A stretch of 64,000 nucleotides of DNA from an uncultured Actinomycetes bacterium (GTDB lineage Bacteria; Actinomycetota; UBA4738; HRBIN12), in the NCBI GenBank assembly GCA_963704725.1, contig OY969934.1, positions 3,386,993 through 3,450,992 of the forward strand, given 5' to 3'. The notes under the pieces were generated by a model. It worked only from the letters and a program-made list of their open reading frames with translations. It was not told the DNA's origin and made no database searches. Positions within the stretch are counted from its first letter, which is position 1. Each line of letters starts with the position of its first letter. A program made the position numbers and the translations under genes. Of the stretch, positions 18,389 to 28,475 are shown piece by piece.

Positions 18389-20454
18389 TGACCGTCCACA
18401 CCACACCCGAGGCGGGCGCCATCGAGCACGGGGCGGTCCGTGCGCGCCCGCTGTTCGACGGGCCCATCGTGAAGCGGGCCGTGCGCGACAGCTTCGCCAA
18501 GCTGGACCCGCGAACCCTCCTGCGGAACCCGGTCATCTTCGTCGTCGAAATCGTCTCCGTCGTCGTCACGATCAGGATCGTCGCCGACGTCGCCAGCGAG
18601 GGACCGATCGCGTTCGACACGGCCATCGGGGTCGGCCTGTGGTTCACCGTCCTGTTCGCGAACTTCGCGGAGGCCATGGCCGAGGGTCGGGGCAAGGCGC
18701 AGGCGGATGCGCTGCGCAAGACGCGGGCGGACCTCGTCGCCCAGCGACTCCTGAGCGATGGGACGCAGGAGACCGTCCCCGCCTCCCAGCTCCGCGCGGG
18801 CGATCACGTCATGGTCACGGCGGGCGAGCCGATCCCCGGCGACGGGGAAATCGTCGAGGGCATCGCCTCGGTGGACGAGTCGGCGATCACCGGCGAGTCG
18901 GCCCCGGTGATCCGCGAGTCCGGCGGCGACCGCAGCGCCGTCACGGCCGGGACCAAGGTGCTCTCGGACTGGATCAAGGTCCGGATCACGGCTGATCCTG
19001 GGGAGTCGTTCCTGGATCGGATGATCTCTCTCGTCGAGGGGGCCTCTCGTCAGAAGACCCCGAACGAGATCGCGCTGTCGATCCTGCTGGCGAAGTTCAC
19101 GATCATCTTCCTGATCGTCGTCGTCTCGCTCCAGCCCTTCGGCATCTACTCGGGCGGGCGGCTCTCCGACGCCGTGCTGATCGCGCTGTTCGTGTGTCTC
19201 ATCCCCACCACGATCGGCGGGCTCCTGTCTGCGATCGGGATCGCCGGGATGGACCGGCTCGTGCAGCGCAACGTCCTGGCCATGAGCGGCCGGGCGGTCG
19301 AGGCGGCCGGCGACGTCTCCACCCTGCTCCTGGACAAGACGGGGACGATCACCCTCGGCAACCGCCAAGCCGTTGCCTTCATCCCGGCCCCGGGGGTCGA
19401 GGAGCGCGAGTTCGCCGAGGTCGCCCAGCTCGCGTCGCTCGCCGACGAGACCCCGGAGGGGCGCTCCATCGTCGTGCTGGCGAAGGAGCGGTTCGGGATC
19501 CGCGAGCGCGAGCTCATGGAGACGCGCTCGACGTTCATCCCATTCACGGCACAGACCCGGATGAGCGGGATCAACGTCGACGGCAACGAGATCCGCAAGG
19601 GCGCCGTCGACGCCGTCGTCGGCTGGTCCGGACACGAGCTTCCTCGGCCGCTGGCGGCGGAGGTCGAGCGGATCGCCCGGGCCGGCGGCACCCCCCTGGC
19701 GGTCGCCCGGGACCGGACGCCGCTCGGCGTGATCGAGCTGAAGGACATCATCAAGGAGGGCCTGGTCGAGCGGTTCTCGCAGCTGCGGAAGATGGGCATC
19801 CGCACGGTGATGATCACCGGCGACAACGTCCTCACGGCCGCCTCGATCGCGCAGGAGTCGGGCGTCGACGACTTCCTGGCGGAGGCCACGCCCGAGGCGA
19901 AGATGGAGCTCATCAAGCGCGAGCAGACCGGCGGCAAGCTCGTCGCGATGACGGGCGACGGCACGAACGACGCCCCGGCGCTCGCCCAAGCCGACGTCGG
20001 CGTGGCCATGAACACGGGGACGACCGCGGCCAAGGAGGCCGGCAACATGGTCGACCTCGACTCGAACCCCACGAAGCTGATGGACATCGTCGAGATCGGC
20101 AAGCAGCTGCTGATCACGCGGGGAGCGCTGACGACGTTCTCGATCGCCAACGATGTCGCGAAGTACTTCGCGATCATCCCGGCGATGTTCGCCGGCACCC
20201 TGCCGGTCCTGGACAAGCTGAACGTGATGGACCTCAACACGCCCGAGTCGGCCATCCTGTCGGCCGTCATCTTCAACGCGCTGATCATCGTCGCCCTGGT
20301 CCCGCTCGCCCTGCGCGGGGTCCGCTACCGGCCGATCGGCGCCGACGGGCTGCTCCGGCGAAACCTGCTCATCTACGGACTGGGAGGGATCATCGTGCCC
20401 TTCATCGGCATCAAGGCCATCGACCTGCTGCTCCAGGTGGTGAAGTTCCCGTGA
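18388..20454 (+). CDS. kdpB: K+-transporting ATPase subunit B
   Basis: [46 protein letters not shown]; ATG overlaps kdpA TGA. Confidence 0.98.
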   Translation: MTVHTTPEAGAIEHGAVRARPLFDGPIVKRAVRDSFAKLDPRTLLRNPVIFVVEIVSVVVTIRIVADVASEGPIAFDTAIGVGLWFTVLFANFAEAMAEGRGKAQADALRKTRADLVAQRLLSDGTQETVPASQLRAGDHVMVTAGEPIPGDGEIVEGIASVDESAITGESAPVIRESGGDRSAVTAGTKVLSDWIKVRITADPGESFLDRMISLVEGASRQKTPNEIALSILLAKFTIIFLIVVVSLQPFGIYSGGRLSDAVLIALFVCLIPTTIGGLLSAIGIAGMDRLVQRNVLAMSGRAVEAAGDVSTLLLDKTGTITLGNRQAVAFIPAPGVEEREFAEVAQLASLADETPEGRSIVVLAKERFGIRERELMETRSTFIPFTAQTRMSGINVDGNEIRKGAVDAVVGWSGHELPRPLAAEVERIARAGGTPLAVARDRTPLGVIELKDIIKEGLVERFSQLRKMGIRTVMITGDNVLTAASIAQESGVDDFLAEATPEAKMELIKREQTGGKLVAMTGDGTNDAPALAQADVGVAMNTGTTAAKEAGNMVDLDSNPTKLMDIVEIGKQLLITRGALTTFSIANDVAKYFAIIPAMFAGTLPVLDKLNVMDLNTPESAILSAVIFNALIIVALVPLALRGVRYRPIGADGLLRRNLLIYGLGGIIVPFIGIKAIDLLLQVVKFP

Positions 20455-21029
20455 TCCGCGATGCCGTGAGGGCACTTCGCGCCGTCATCGTGCTCGCGGT
20501 ATTCACGGGCCTCGTGTACCCGCTCGTCATCACCGGGATCGCTCAGCTCACGATGGGAGACAAGGCGGACGGCTCGCTCGTCCGCGTGAACGGGCGGCTG
20601 GTCGGCAGCTCGTCGATCGGCCAGGCCTGGGACGGAGACCAGTGGTTCCACGGACGCCCGTCCGCGATCGAGTACGACGCCTCCACGTCCTCCGGGTCGA
20701 ACCTGGGTCCGACCTCCCAGACGCTCGCCGACCAGATCAAGGAGCGGGTGGACGCGATCCTCGCGCTCGAGGGGCCGTATCACCCCGCCATGACGGCGGC
20801 GGACATCCCGGTCGATCTCGTCACGGCCTCGGCCAGCGGCGTCGACCCGGACATCTCGGTCGCCGCCGCAGAGCTGCAGGCGGCGCGGATCGCCGACGTT
20901 CGAGGGCTGTCGATCGAGCGGGTCCGCTCGCTGATCGTCGAGCACACGGAGGGCCCGGTGCTCGGGTTCCTGGGACAGGAGCGCGTGAACGTCCTCGAGC
21001 TCAACCTCGCGCTCGAGCAGGCGGCATGA
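20451..21029 (+). CDS. kdpC: K+-transporting ATPase subunit C
   Basis: [55 protein letters not shown]; GTGA overlap with kdpB. Confidence 0.97.
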   Translation: MIRDAVRALRAVIVLAVFTGLVYPLVITGIAQLTMGDKADGSLVRVNGRLVGSSSIGQAWDGDQWFHGRPSAIEYDASTSSGSNLGPTSQTLADQIKERVDAILALEGPYHPAMTAADIPVDLVTASASGVDPDISVAAAELQAARIADVRGLSIERVRSLIVEHTEGPVLGFLGQERVNVLELNLALEQAA

Positions 21030-21340
21030 AGTCCGTGGCCACCCGCACCGTCGTGGTCGTCGGCAAGCGGCCGAGGATCTCGGCTACGGAGCTCCTGGGC
21101 GACGTGCAGTCGGGCGAGGAGGCGGCCGTCCTCGTCCTGGGGCTCGACCCCACGCCCGCGCAGCGACGATTGACCGAATCGGCGCTCGAGCTTGCCGCCC
21201 AGCGTCGGATCGTGCTCACGGCGGAGCTGATCCCGACCGCCGGCTGGCTGCGCGAGCGGCTTCGGGACACGGACACCCTCCGCGTGGTCGCCGGCTCCCG
21301 CGAGGCGCGCCGGTGGAGGCTCGAGCGCCCGCCGGCCTAG
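21026..21340 (+). CDS. Hypothetical 104-aa alpha/beta protein coupled to kdpC
   Basis: ATGA overlap with the kdpC stop; [16 protein letters not shown]... with alternating strand/helix pattern. Confidence 0.65.
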   Translation: MKSVATRTVVVVGKRPRISATELLGDVQSGEEAAVLVLGLDPTPAQRRLTESALELAAQRRIVLTAELIPTAGWLRERLRDTDTLRVVAGSREARRWRLERPPA

Positions 21341-21349
21341 CCGGGCCGG

Positions 21350-22540
21350 TCAGCGCTGCCGGCCCATGACGTGGATGTCGAGGTTCGACGCCCCTCGGAT
21401 CAGCCGCGCGACGAAGGACCCGGATACCAGCTCACGCCACCGCGAGCGCGCCGACTCGCCCACCACGATCTGCGTGACGGACTGCCGATAGGCGTACCCG
21501 AGGACGGCGTCGACCGGCGCCTCGGAGTCGATCACGTCGAACGTCCCGCCGAGGTCGCGCGAGAGCGTCTCGACGTGGCGGAGCCAGTCCGGGTCGGTCG
21601 AGCCCTCCCCCTCGCGGACGTGCAGGACGACGAGGTCGCCCCGCGCCCGCTGTGCGATCCGCCCGCCGCGACGGATCAGCGTGTCCGAGAGCTCGCCCGG
21701 CCGGGCCACGCAGACGAGCACGCGCTCGCGCACGTCGGGCGCTGCCCCCTCGCGCGCGTAGCGATCCAGGAGCGAGTCGTCGACCTGGTTGGCCACCTTC
21801 AGGAGCGCGAGCTCCCGCAGCGCCGTGAGGTTCTCGATCGTGAAGAAGCGTTGCAGGGCGAGCTCGGCCTTCCGCCCGTCCGGGTAGACGTTCCCGTGCG
21901 CGATGCGGCGGCGAAGCGCGTGCGGCGACATGTCGACGAGCTCGACCTGGTCGGCGAGGTCGAACAGCCAGTCCGGGACCGTCTCCTGCTGCCGGATCCC
22001 GGTGACGGTGGCGATCACGTCGTTGAGGCTCTCCAGGTGCTGGATGTTGATCGTGGTGATGACCTCGATCCCCGCGGCCAGGACCTCGATCACGTCCTCC
22101 CACCGCTTGCCGTTGCGGGCGCCGGGGATGTTCGTGTGCGCCAGCTCGTCGATGAGCGCGACCTGCGGCCGGCGCTCGATCACGGCGTCCACGTCCATCT
22201 CCTCGAAGCGCCGGCCGCGGTACTCGAGGACCTGCATGGTCACGATCTCGAGGCCCTCGAGCATGGCGATCGTCTGGCGACGCCCGTACGTGGCGACGAA
22301 GCCGACGACGACGTCCGTGCCCCGATCGAGCCGACGATGCCCCTCCGAGAGCATCGCGTAGGTCTTGCCCACCCCCGGCGCGGAGCCGAGGTACATGCGA
22401 AGGGCGGCCGCCTTGCGGCGATGCGCCTCCTCCCGGGTCCAGGCGGCCGAGCTCGGCGCCTCGACGACCTCGCGATCGACCAGGGCCTCGATCGACTCAC
22501 CGCCGGCGACGACGGGCATGCCGTCGGGCTCCGCGCTCAT
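21350..22540 (-). CDS. Stand-alone KdpD N-terminal domain + USP domain protein
   Basis: YLGSAPGVGKT, ALIDELAHTN, KRWEDV, NIQHLESLND, ETVPD, LTALRELAL, then USP (ERVLVCV...QIVVGES...LDIHVM); no TM or kinase; SD GGAGG. Confidence 0.95.
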   Translation of the reverse strand: MSAEPDGMPVVAGGESIEALVDREVVEAPSSAAWTREEAHRRKAAALRMYLGSAPGVGKTYAMLSEGHRRLDRGTDVVVGFVATYGRRQTIAMLEGLEIVTMQVLEYRGRRFEEMDVDAVIERRPQVALIDELAHTNIPGARNGKRWEDVIEVLAAGIEVITTINIQHLESLNDVIATVTGIRQQETVPDWLFDLADQVELVDMSPHALRRRIAHGNVYPDGRKAELALQRFFTIENLTALRELALLKVANQVDDSLLDRYAREGAAPDVRERVLVCVARPGELSDTLIRRGGRIAQRARGDLVVLHVREGEGSTDPDWLRHVETLSRDLGGTFDVIDSEAPVDAVLGYAYRQSVTQIVVGESARSRWRELVSGSFVARLIRGASNLDIHVMGRQR

Positions 22541-22561
22541 GTCCCTCCTCTCGGTGGGAGG

Positions 22562-22933
22562 CTACGCCGTGAACTCGAAGCTCGGGTTCACCATCCTGCG
22601 GCCGGCGTGCGGCTTCTCCGCGAGCAGCCCCTCGACCACGAGCCTCGTGCCCAGGTTCAACCCGTGGATCGAGCGGCGGCCCATCCACACCACGGTGACC
22701 TCACCGGTCCCGTCGTACAGGACGGCCTCGAGCGACTCCTCGCCCTCCAGCGGGCGCACCGTGATCCGGCGCACGACCCCGGCCAGCCGGGACTTCGAGC
22801 GCGTCGCGGCGTCCCGGATACGGACCGTGCCCGGGATCCTCGCCGCCCAGGCCTCGATCTCCTCGGCGTAGCGCTGCTCGTCGCTCTCGGCCATGCGGCG
22901 GAGGAACCGCCGGAACGGATCGACGAGCCCCAT
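22562..22933 (-). CDS. Small OB-fold protein (Rv2694c-like)
   Basis: MGLVDPF...LEAVLYDGTGEVTVVWMGRRSIHGL..G.RLVVEG...MVNPSFE. Confidence 0.85.
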   Translation of the reverse strand: MGLVDPFRRFLRRMAESDEQRYAEEIEAWAARIPGTVRIRDAATRSKSRLAGVVRRITVRPLEGEESLEAVLYDGTGEVTVVWMGRRSIHGLNLGTRLVVEGLLAEKPHAGRRMVNPSFEFTA

Positions 22934-22953
22934 CCCCGCTGCACCCGCTCGCG

Positions 22954-25203
22954 TCAGTCGACCGACGCCGTGGGCCGATCGACCATCAGCTCCGACTTGC
23001 GGGACTTCGAGATCCAGATGGCGACCCCCACCACGATCACGGCGACGGCCACCACCGCGATCCGCAGCCCCGTGTTGTCCGCCTGCTCCACCACGACCGG
23101 CGCGAACAGCAGCGCCACGAGGTTCATCACCTTGATCAACGGGTTCAGGCCGGGGCCGGCCGTGTCCTTGAAGGGATCGCCGACCGTGTCGCCGATGACG
23201 GCGGCCTTGTGCTGGTCGGAGCCCTTCCCACCGTAATGGCCGTCCTCGATGTACTTCTTCGCGTTGTCCCACGCGCCGCCGGAGTTCGACAGCATCACCG
23301 CGAGGAGCTGCCCGGTCAGGATCGCGCCGGCGAGGAACGCGCCGAGCGCCTCGGCCTTGAACGCGAACCCCACGATGATCGGTGACAGGACCGCGAGCAG
23401 CGCCGGCGTCATCAGCTCGCGGAGCGAGGTCTTCGTGCAGATGTCGACCACGCGCGCGTAGTCCGGCTTCTCGGTGTAGTCCATGATCCCGGGGTGGTCG
23501 CGGAACTGGTTCCGCACCTCGACCACGACCTGCGCCGCGGCCCGGCCCACCGCTCGGATCGCGAGCGAGGAGAACAGGAACGCCACCGATCCTCCGATCA
23601 GCAAGCCGACGAGAACCTGCGGCTCGTCGACGCGGATCCCGAGGAAGTGGAACCCCGCTTCCCGCAGCGCCTCCTCGAACGAGCCGAACAGCGAGGTCGC
23701 GGCGATGACGGCCGTGGCGATCGCCATCCCCTTGGTGATCGCCTTCGTCGAGTTACCGATGGCATCGAGGCCGGTCAGGACCTGCGCGGGACGGCCCTCG
23801 AACTCACCCGACATCTCGGCGATGCCCTGGGCGTTGTCCGAGACCGGCCCGTACGTGTCCATGGACACGATGACACCGACCGTGGTGAGCATGCCCATCC
23901 CGGTGAGCGAGATGAAGTAGAGCGCCTCGGCCGTGTTGTCCCCCAGGACGTACGCCCCGGCGACCACGCCGGCGATGATGAGGATCGACCACACCGTCGA
24001 CTCCAGCCCGGTCGCGAAGCCCGCCAGGATCGTGGTCGCGGGGCCGGTCTGTGTGGCCTCGGCGATCTCCCGGACGGGCTTGTACTTGGTGTCGGTGAAG
24101 TACTGGGTGAGGAGCTGGATCACGCTCGCGAGGATCAGGCCGAAGAGCACCGCGACCGCCGGCCGGACGTCCTTCATGTAGATCCCGCTGATTACGAAGA
24201 CCGCGGCCGCCGAGATCGCCGCGGAGAGGAAGAACCCCCGGTTGATCGCGCGCATCCCGTGCTCGTCCTCGCTCCGGGGCGTCACGGCGAGGATCCCGAT
24301 GATCGAGGTGATCACGCCGACCGCGCGGACGAACAGCGGGAACATCACGCCCGCGATCGCGCCGACCTCGCTGCCGGAGAACGCCGCGGCGCCCAGGATC
24401 AGCGAGGCAACAAGGGTCACCTCGTAGGATTCGAACAGGTCGGCCGCCATCCCGGCGCAGTCGCCCACGTTGTCGCCGACGTTGTCGGCGATCACGGCGG
24501 CGTTGCGCGGGTCGTCCTCGGGGATCCCCTGCTCCACCTTGCCCACGAGGTCGGCGCCGACGTCGGCGGCCTTGGTGAAGATGCCGCCGCCCACCCGCAT
24601 GAACATCGCGAGCAGCGCGCCGCCGAAGCCGAACCCGACCAGGACGCCCGTCGCGTCCGACTTGTAGACGAGCAGGATCATCGTCGCGCCGAACAGCCCC
24701 AAACCGACCGTGAACATGCCCGCAACGCCGCCGGCGCGGAACGCGATCCGCATCGCCTTGCGGAGCCCGGACTCCTTGGCCGCGTTCGCCGTCCGGACGT
24801 TGGCTCGCACGGCCAGCCACATCCCGGTGTACCCCGTGATCGCGCTGAGCCCCGCGCCGAGGATGAAGGCGATCGACCGGCCCACCCGGATGAACGTCTC
24901 CCCGTGCACCGCGGTCTTCGACACCGGCAGGGCGAAGAACAGCACGACCGTCAGGACGGCCATGAAGATCCCGACGGTGCGGAACTGGCGGCTCAGGTAC
25001 GCCTTGGCGCCGATCTGGATGGCCCGGGCGATCTCTTTCATCTTCTCGGTGCCCTCGGGGGCGCTCAGGACCTCGCGGACGAGGTAGTAGGCGAACACGA
25101 GCGCGATCAGCGAGATGACCAGGATCACCCACAGGGCGTTGTTCTCGAATGAGCCGAAGACGGCCTTGATCGCACCGCCTTCTTGCGCGAGCGCACCGGA
25201 CAC
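22954..25203 (-). CDS. hppA: Membrane-bound H+-translocating pyrophosphatase
   Basis: GGGIFTKAADVGADLVGKVEQGIPEDDPRN, DNVGDNVGDCAG, DTYGPVSDNAQGIAEM, GGAWDNAKK, GDTVGDPFKDTAGP; SD GAGGAGG. Confidence 0.97.
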   Translation of the reverse strand: MSGALAQEGGAIKAVFGSFENNALWVILVISLIALVFAYYLVREVLSAPEGTEKMKEIARAIQIGAKAYLSRQFRTVGIFMAVLTVVLFFALPVSKTAVHGETFIRVGRSIAFILGAGLSAITGYTGMWLAVRANVRTANAAKESGLRKAMRIAFRAGGVAGMFTVGLGLFGATMILLVYKSDATGVLVGFGFGGALLAMFMRVGGGIFTKAADVGADLVGKVEQGIPEDDPRNAAVIADNVGDNVGDCAGMAADLFESYEVTLVASLILGAAAFSGSEVGAIAGVMFPLFVRAVGVITSIIGILAVTPRSEDEHGMRAINRGFFLSAAISAAAVFVISGIYMKDVRPAVAVLFGLILASVIQLLTQYFTDTKYKPVREIAEATQTGPATTILAGFATGLESTVWSILIIAGVVAGAYVLGDNTAEALYFISLTGMGMLTTVGVIVSMDTYGPVSDNAQGIAEMSGEFEGRPAQVLTGLDAIGNSTKAITKGMAIATAVIAATSLFGSFEEALREAGFHFLGIRVDEPQVLVGLLIGGSVAFLFSSLAIRAVGRAAAQVVVEVRNQFRDHPGIMDYTEKPDYARVVDICTKTSLRELMTPALLAVLSPIIVGFAFKAEALGAFLAGAILTGQLLAVMLSNSGGAWDNAKKYIEDGHYGGKGSDQHKAAVIGDTVGDPFKDTAGPGLNPLIKVMNLVALLFAPVVVEQADNTGLRIAVVAVAVIVVGVAIWISKSRKSELMVDRPTASVD

Positions 25204-25333
25204 GTTGAGGACCTCCTCGATCGGGTTCGTGAGGGGATTTCGTGGCCCCGGTCCACACGGGACCGGCAGCAGTATAGAGAAGAAGCTACCCCCCGTGACC
25301 TGCGAAGACGGCGGCCCGCAGCGACAGGAAGCG

Positions 25334-26620
25334 CTATCCGAACGCGAAGTACCGCAGCCAGAGGTACAGCAGCGAGACGGCGATCGAGACGGCGGTCACG
25401 GGCAGGCCGTACCGCAGGAATTGGAGGAACCGGATCTTGTGCCCGCTCCGCTCGGCCACGCCAAGGACGACGACGTTGGCGCTGGCGCCGATCGAGGTCG
25501 CGTTCCCTCCGAGGTCCGCACCCAGCGCGAGCGCCCACCACAGCACCGTCGTGTTCCCGGGGAGGGCGGCGGCGAGCGCACCCACGATCGGCACCATCGT
25601 GGCAACGTACGGGATGTTGTCGACGAGTCCAGACAGCACGGCGGACCCCACGAGGAGCAGCGCGGTCGCCAGGAACAGCCGCCCGTCGGTGAGGTCGACC
25701 AGCCGCTCGGCCAGCGCGTCGATCGCACCGACCTTCACGAGACCGCCGACGATGACGAACAGCCCCATGAAGAACGCGAGGGTCGGCCACTCGACGTCGC
25801 GGAGGTAGTCGATGCGGTCGCCGCGCGCGATCAGCAGCAGGACGCCCGCCCCGAGGAGCGCGACGACCGACGGCTCGTACCCCAGCGGCCCCTGCAGGGC
25901 GAACGCGAGCGTGACCACTCCCAGGACCGCCAGCGCCTTCGGCAGGAGGGAGCCGGGCAGGAGCGCCTCGCGCTCGTCGAGCGACATCAGCTCGCGGACG
26001 CGCTCGGGATGAGCCTCCAGCTCGCCGCGGAACGTCCACCGCGCCTGGAGGACGAAGATGGCGAGCAGGACGGCGACGATGGGGCCCAGGTTGACCACGA
26101 AGTCCAGATAGGAAAGCCCGGCGGCGCTCCCGATGATGATGTTCGGCGGGTCACCGACCAGCGTGGCCACCCCGCCGATATTGGACGCGAACACCTCCGC
26201 GACCAGCAACGGCACCGGCGGCACACCGATCCGCTCGGCGATGAGGACGGTGACCGGCGCGATCAGCAGGACGGTCGTCACGTTGTCGAGCAGGGCCGCG
26301 ACGAACGCCGTGATCAGCACGAGCATGGTCATGATCGCGAAGGGGCGTCCGCGTGCGCGCTTGGCGGACCAGATCGCCAGGTACTCGAACAGGCCGGTCC
26401 GCCGGAGGACGCCGACGATGACCATCATCCCGAAGAGCAGGAAGATCACGTTCCAGTCGATGCCGAACTCATGCGAGTGGAAAGCGTCGTTGGCGTCGAC
26501 GATCTTGAACAGCAGCATCAGCCCGGCACCGGCGAGCGCGACGACGACCCGGTGCACCCACTCCGTCGCGATCAGCGCGTACGCGCCGACGAAGATGGAG
26601 ATGGCGATGGCGTCCTTCAC
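25334..26620 (-). CDS. ArsB/NhaD (IT superfamily) transporter
   Basis: IDWNVIFLLFGMM, ALLDNVTTV, SNIGGVATLVGDPPN, DNIPY, GGNATSIGASANVV; GTG overlaps the CBS gene stop. Confidence 0.92.
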   Translation of the reverse strand: MKDAIAISIFVGAYALIATEWVHRVVVALAGAGLMLLFKIVDANDAFHSHEFGIDWNVIFLLFGMMVIVGVLRRTGLFEYLAIWSAKRARGRPFAIMTMLVLITAFVAALLDNVTTVLLIAPVTVLIAERIGVPPVPLLVAEVFASNIGGVATLVGDPPNIIIGSAAGLSYLDFVVNLGPIVAVLLAIFVLQARWTFRGELEAHPERVRELMSLDEREALLPGSLLPKALAVLGVVTLAFALQGPLGYEPSVVALLGAGVLLLIARGDRIDYLRDVEWPTLAFFMGLFVIVGGLVKVGAIDALAERLVDLTDGRLFLATALLLVGSAVLSGLVDNIPYVATMVPIVGALAAALPGNTTVLWWALALGADLGGNATSIGASANVVVLGVAERSGHKIRFLQFLRYGLPVTAVSIAVSLLYLWLRYFAFG

Positions 26621-27063
26621 CGGCGCCCCAGGAGATGGCTCAAGAGCTCGTCGATCGAGATGCCACCGATCAGGCGGCCGTCCTCGACGACCCCGACCAT
26701 CGACGCCCGGGACCGCACCATCGCCGAAGCCGCCTCGACCAGCGTGTCGTCGGCCGCCACGACCGGCTCCGCGTCCCGGTCCTGCGGGACGAGGTCGGCA
26801 ACCGTCCGGCCCTCGAGCCGGCGGAACAGGACGTCGGACGCCGCCTCCTCCAGGACGCGAGCGAGCGCCGAGTCGTCGTCCACGTAACCGGGCAGCAGGC
26901 GCCTGAGCAGCTCGGAGTCCGAGAGCACGTCGACGAACACATCCCGATCGTCGACGACGAGCACCGCTCGAACGTCGTGCCGGGCAAGTACCTCCGCCGC
27001 CGCGCTCGCCGGGTCGTGGATCCGAACCGTGTCGCGCGGGCTGGCCAGGTTGCGCGCCTTCAT
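26617..27063 (-). CDS. Tandem CBS-domain protein
   Basis: Two CBS repeats (VLVVDD...VLSDSELL; VVAADDTLVEAA...GVVEDGRLIGGISIDELL). Confidence 0.88.
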   Translation of the reverse strand: MKARNLASPRDTVRIHDPASAAAEVLARHDVRAVLVVDDRDVFVDVLSDSELLRRLLPGYVDDDSALARVLEEAASDVLFRRLEGRTVADLVPQDRDAEPVVAADDTLVEAASAMVRSRASMVGVVEDGRLIGGISIDELLSHLLGRR

Positions 27064-27108
27064 CGCCCATCCCTCCCCGATGCGTTCGCCACGTCCGCTG
27101 CGGGCAGC

Positions 27109-28470
27109 CTACGCACGCCGGCTCCCGGCCGTGAGCACGACCGCGCCGCACAGACCCGCGACCAGGGACCCGAGCAACACGCCGACCTTGGCGAGGTCCG
27201 TGGCGGGACCGGAGAACGCCAGTTCAGCGATGAACAGGGAGACGGTGAACCCGATCCCGGCCACGATACCGACGCCGACCACCTGGCGGGCCTCCACGCC
27301 CTCGGGGAGGCGACCGATCCCCAGGCGGACCGCGGCGAGGCCGGCGAGCGTCACCCCCGCGGCCTTGCCCACGACCAGGCCGACGACGACCCCGATCGTC
27401 ACGGGGCTCGTGACGGCGTCGGCGACGAGATCGCCGGAGACGCGGATCCCCGCGTTCGCCAGGGCGAAGAGTGGGATCACGAGGTTGCTGGTCCAGGGAT
27501 GCAGCACGTGCTCGACGCGCGCGAGCGGCGACACGGCCTCTCGCGACAGGGACGCCAGCCCGAGCCAATGGTGGGCGTCGGCGTCCGGCGGCTCGGGTTC
27601 GTCCACCGTGAGATCGGCCACCCGATGCGCCTCCCCACTCACGGCCCGCGGCCGCTGGAAGGGCGCGGCCGGGGTCAACAGGCCGAGGGCGACTCCGGAG
27701 ATCGAGGGGTGCACCCCGGATCGGTATGCCGCCAGCCACACGGCCATCCCGAGCACCACGTAGACGGCGCCCGCCCGGACGTGGATCCGGCGAAGGGCGA
27801 CGATCACGAGGCAGAGGGCGACCCCCGCGCCGAGGGCGGGCCACGCGATGGCTCCCGAGTAGAACAGGGCGATCACCAGGATCGCCCCGATGTCGTCCAC
27901 GATCGCGAGCGTCAGCAGGAACGGCTTCAGCCCCGGCGGCGCCGCTCGAGCGGCGATCGTCAGCACACCGACGGCGAACGCGATGTCGGTCGCCATCGGG
28001 ACCCCCCAGCCGCGACCTCCCTCCCCTCCGGCGTTCACGGCGAGGTACAGGAGGGCCGGGACGACCATCCCGCCGACGGCGGCCACCACGGGGACGATGG
28101 CCGCCCGAGGATCCCGAAGCTCGCCGGTCAGGACCTCGCGCTTCACCTCCAGCCCCACGACGAGGAAGAACAGCGACATCAGGCCGTCGTTCACCCAGTG
28201 CCGGGCGTCCTCGGCGATCGACCAGGTCCCGAACCGGAGGCTCAGCCGCGTGGACCAGACCTGCTCGTACGAGACATGCCACGGCGAGTTGGCCCACACC
28301 AGCGCGGCGATCGTCGCGGCAAGCAGCAGCACGCCGCTCGACGCCTCCTGGTCGAGGAAGGCCTGGAGTGGTTGCACGACGCGCCGCGGCATGGCGCGCG
28401 ACGAGCGTGACCAGGGCGCGCGGAGACCGCGGTCGAGATCGGGTCGAGCGTTCGTCGGACGTGTGCCCAT
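27109..28470 (-). CDS. nhaA: Na+/H+ antiporter NhaA
   Basis: WVNDGLM..FF..GLEVKRE, GWGVPMATDIAF, LAIVDD, SGVHP, PLFALANAG, GIGFTVSLFI. Start placed at ATG 28470, downstream of -10 TAGGAT. Confidence 0.96.
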   Translation of the reverse strand: MGTRPTNARPDLDRGLRAPWSRSSRAMPRRVVQPLQAFLDQEASSGVLLLAATIAALVWANSPWHVSYEQVWSTRLSLRFGTWSIAEDARHWVNDGLMSLFFLVVGLEVKREVLTGELRDPRAAIVPVVAAVGGMVVPALLYLAVNAGGEGGRGWGVPMATDIAFAVGVLTIAARAAPPGLKPFLLTLAIVDDIGAILVIALFYSGAIAWPALGAGVALCLVIVALRRIHVRAGAVYVVLGMAVWLAAYRSGVHPSISGVALGLLTPAAPFQRPRAVSGEAHRVADLTVDEPEPPDADAHHWLGLASLSREAVSPLARVEHVLHPWTSNLVIPLFALANAGIRVSGDLVADAVTSPVTIGVVVGLVVGKAAGVTLAGLAAVRLGIGRLPEGVEARQVVGVGIVAGIGFTVSLFIAELAFSGPATDLAKVGVLLGSLVAGLCGAVVLTAGSRRA

Positions 28471-28475
28471 GCCTG

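Noticed and set aside
17512-21029. N-terminally extended KdpB (980 aa) and KdpC (611 aa)
   Set aside because: Extensions overlap upstream genes out of frame; true starts are 18388 and 20451.
25334-26620. Arsenic resistance operon
   Set aside because: ArsB-like fold only; no arsR/arsC, and the context is Na+/K+ homeostasis.
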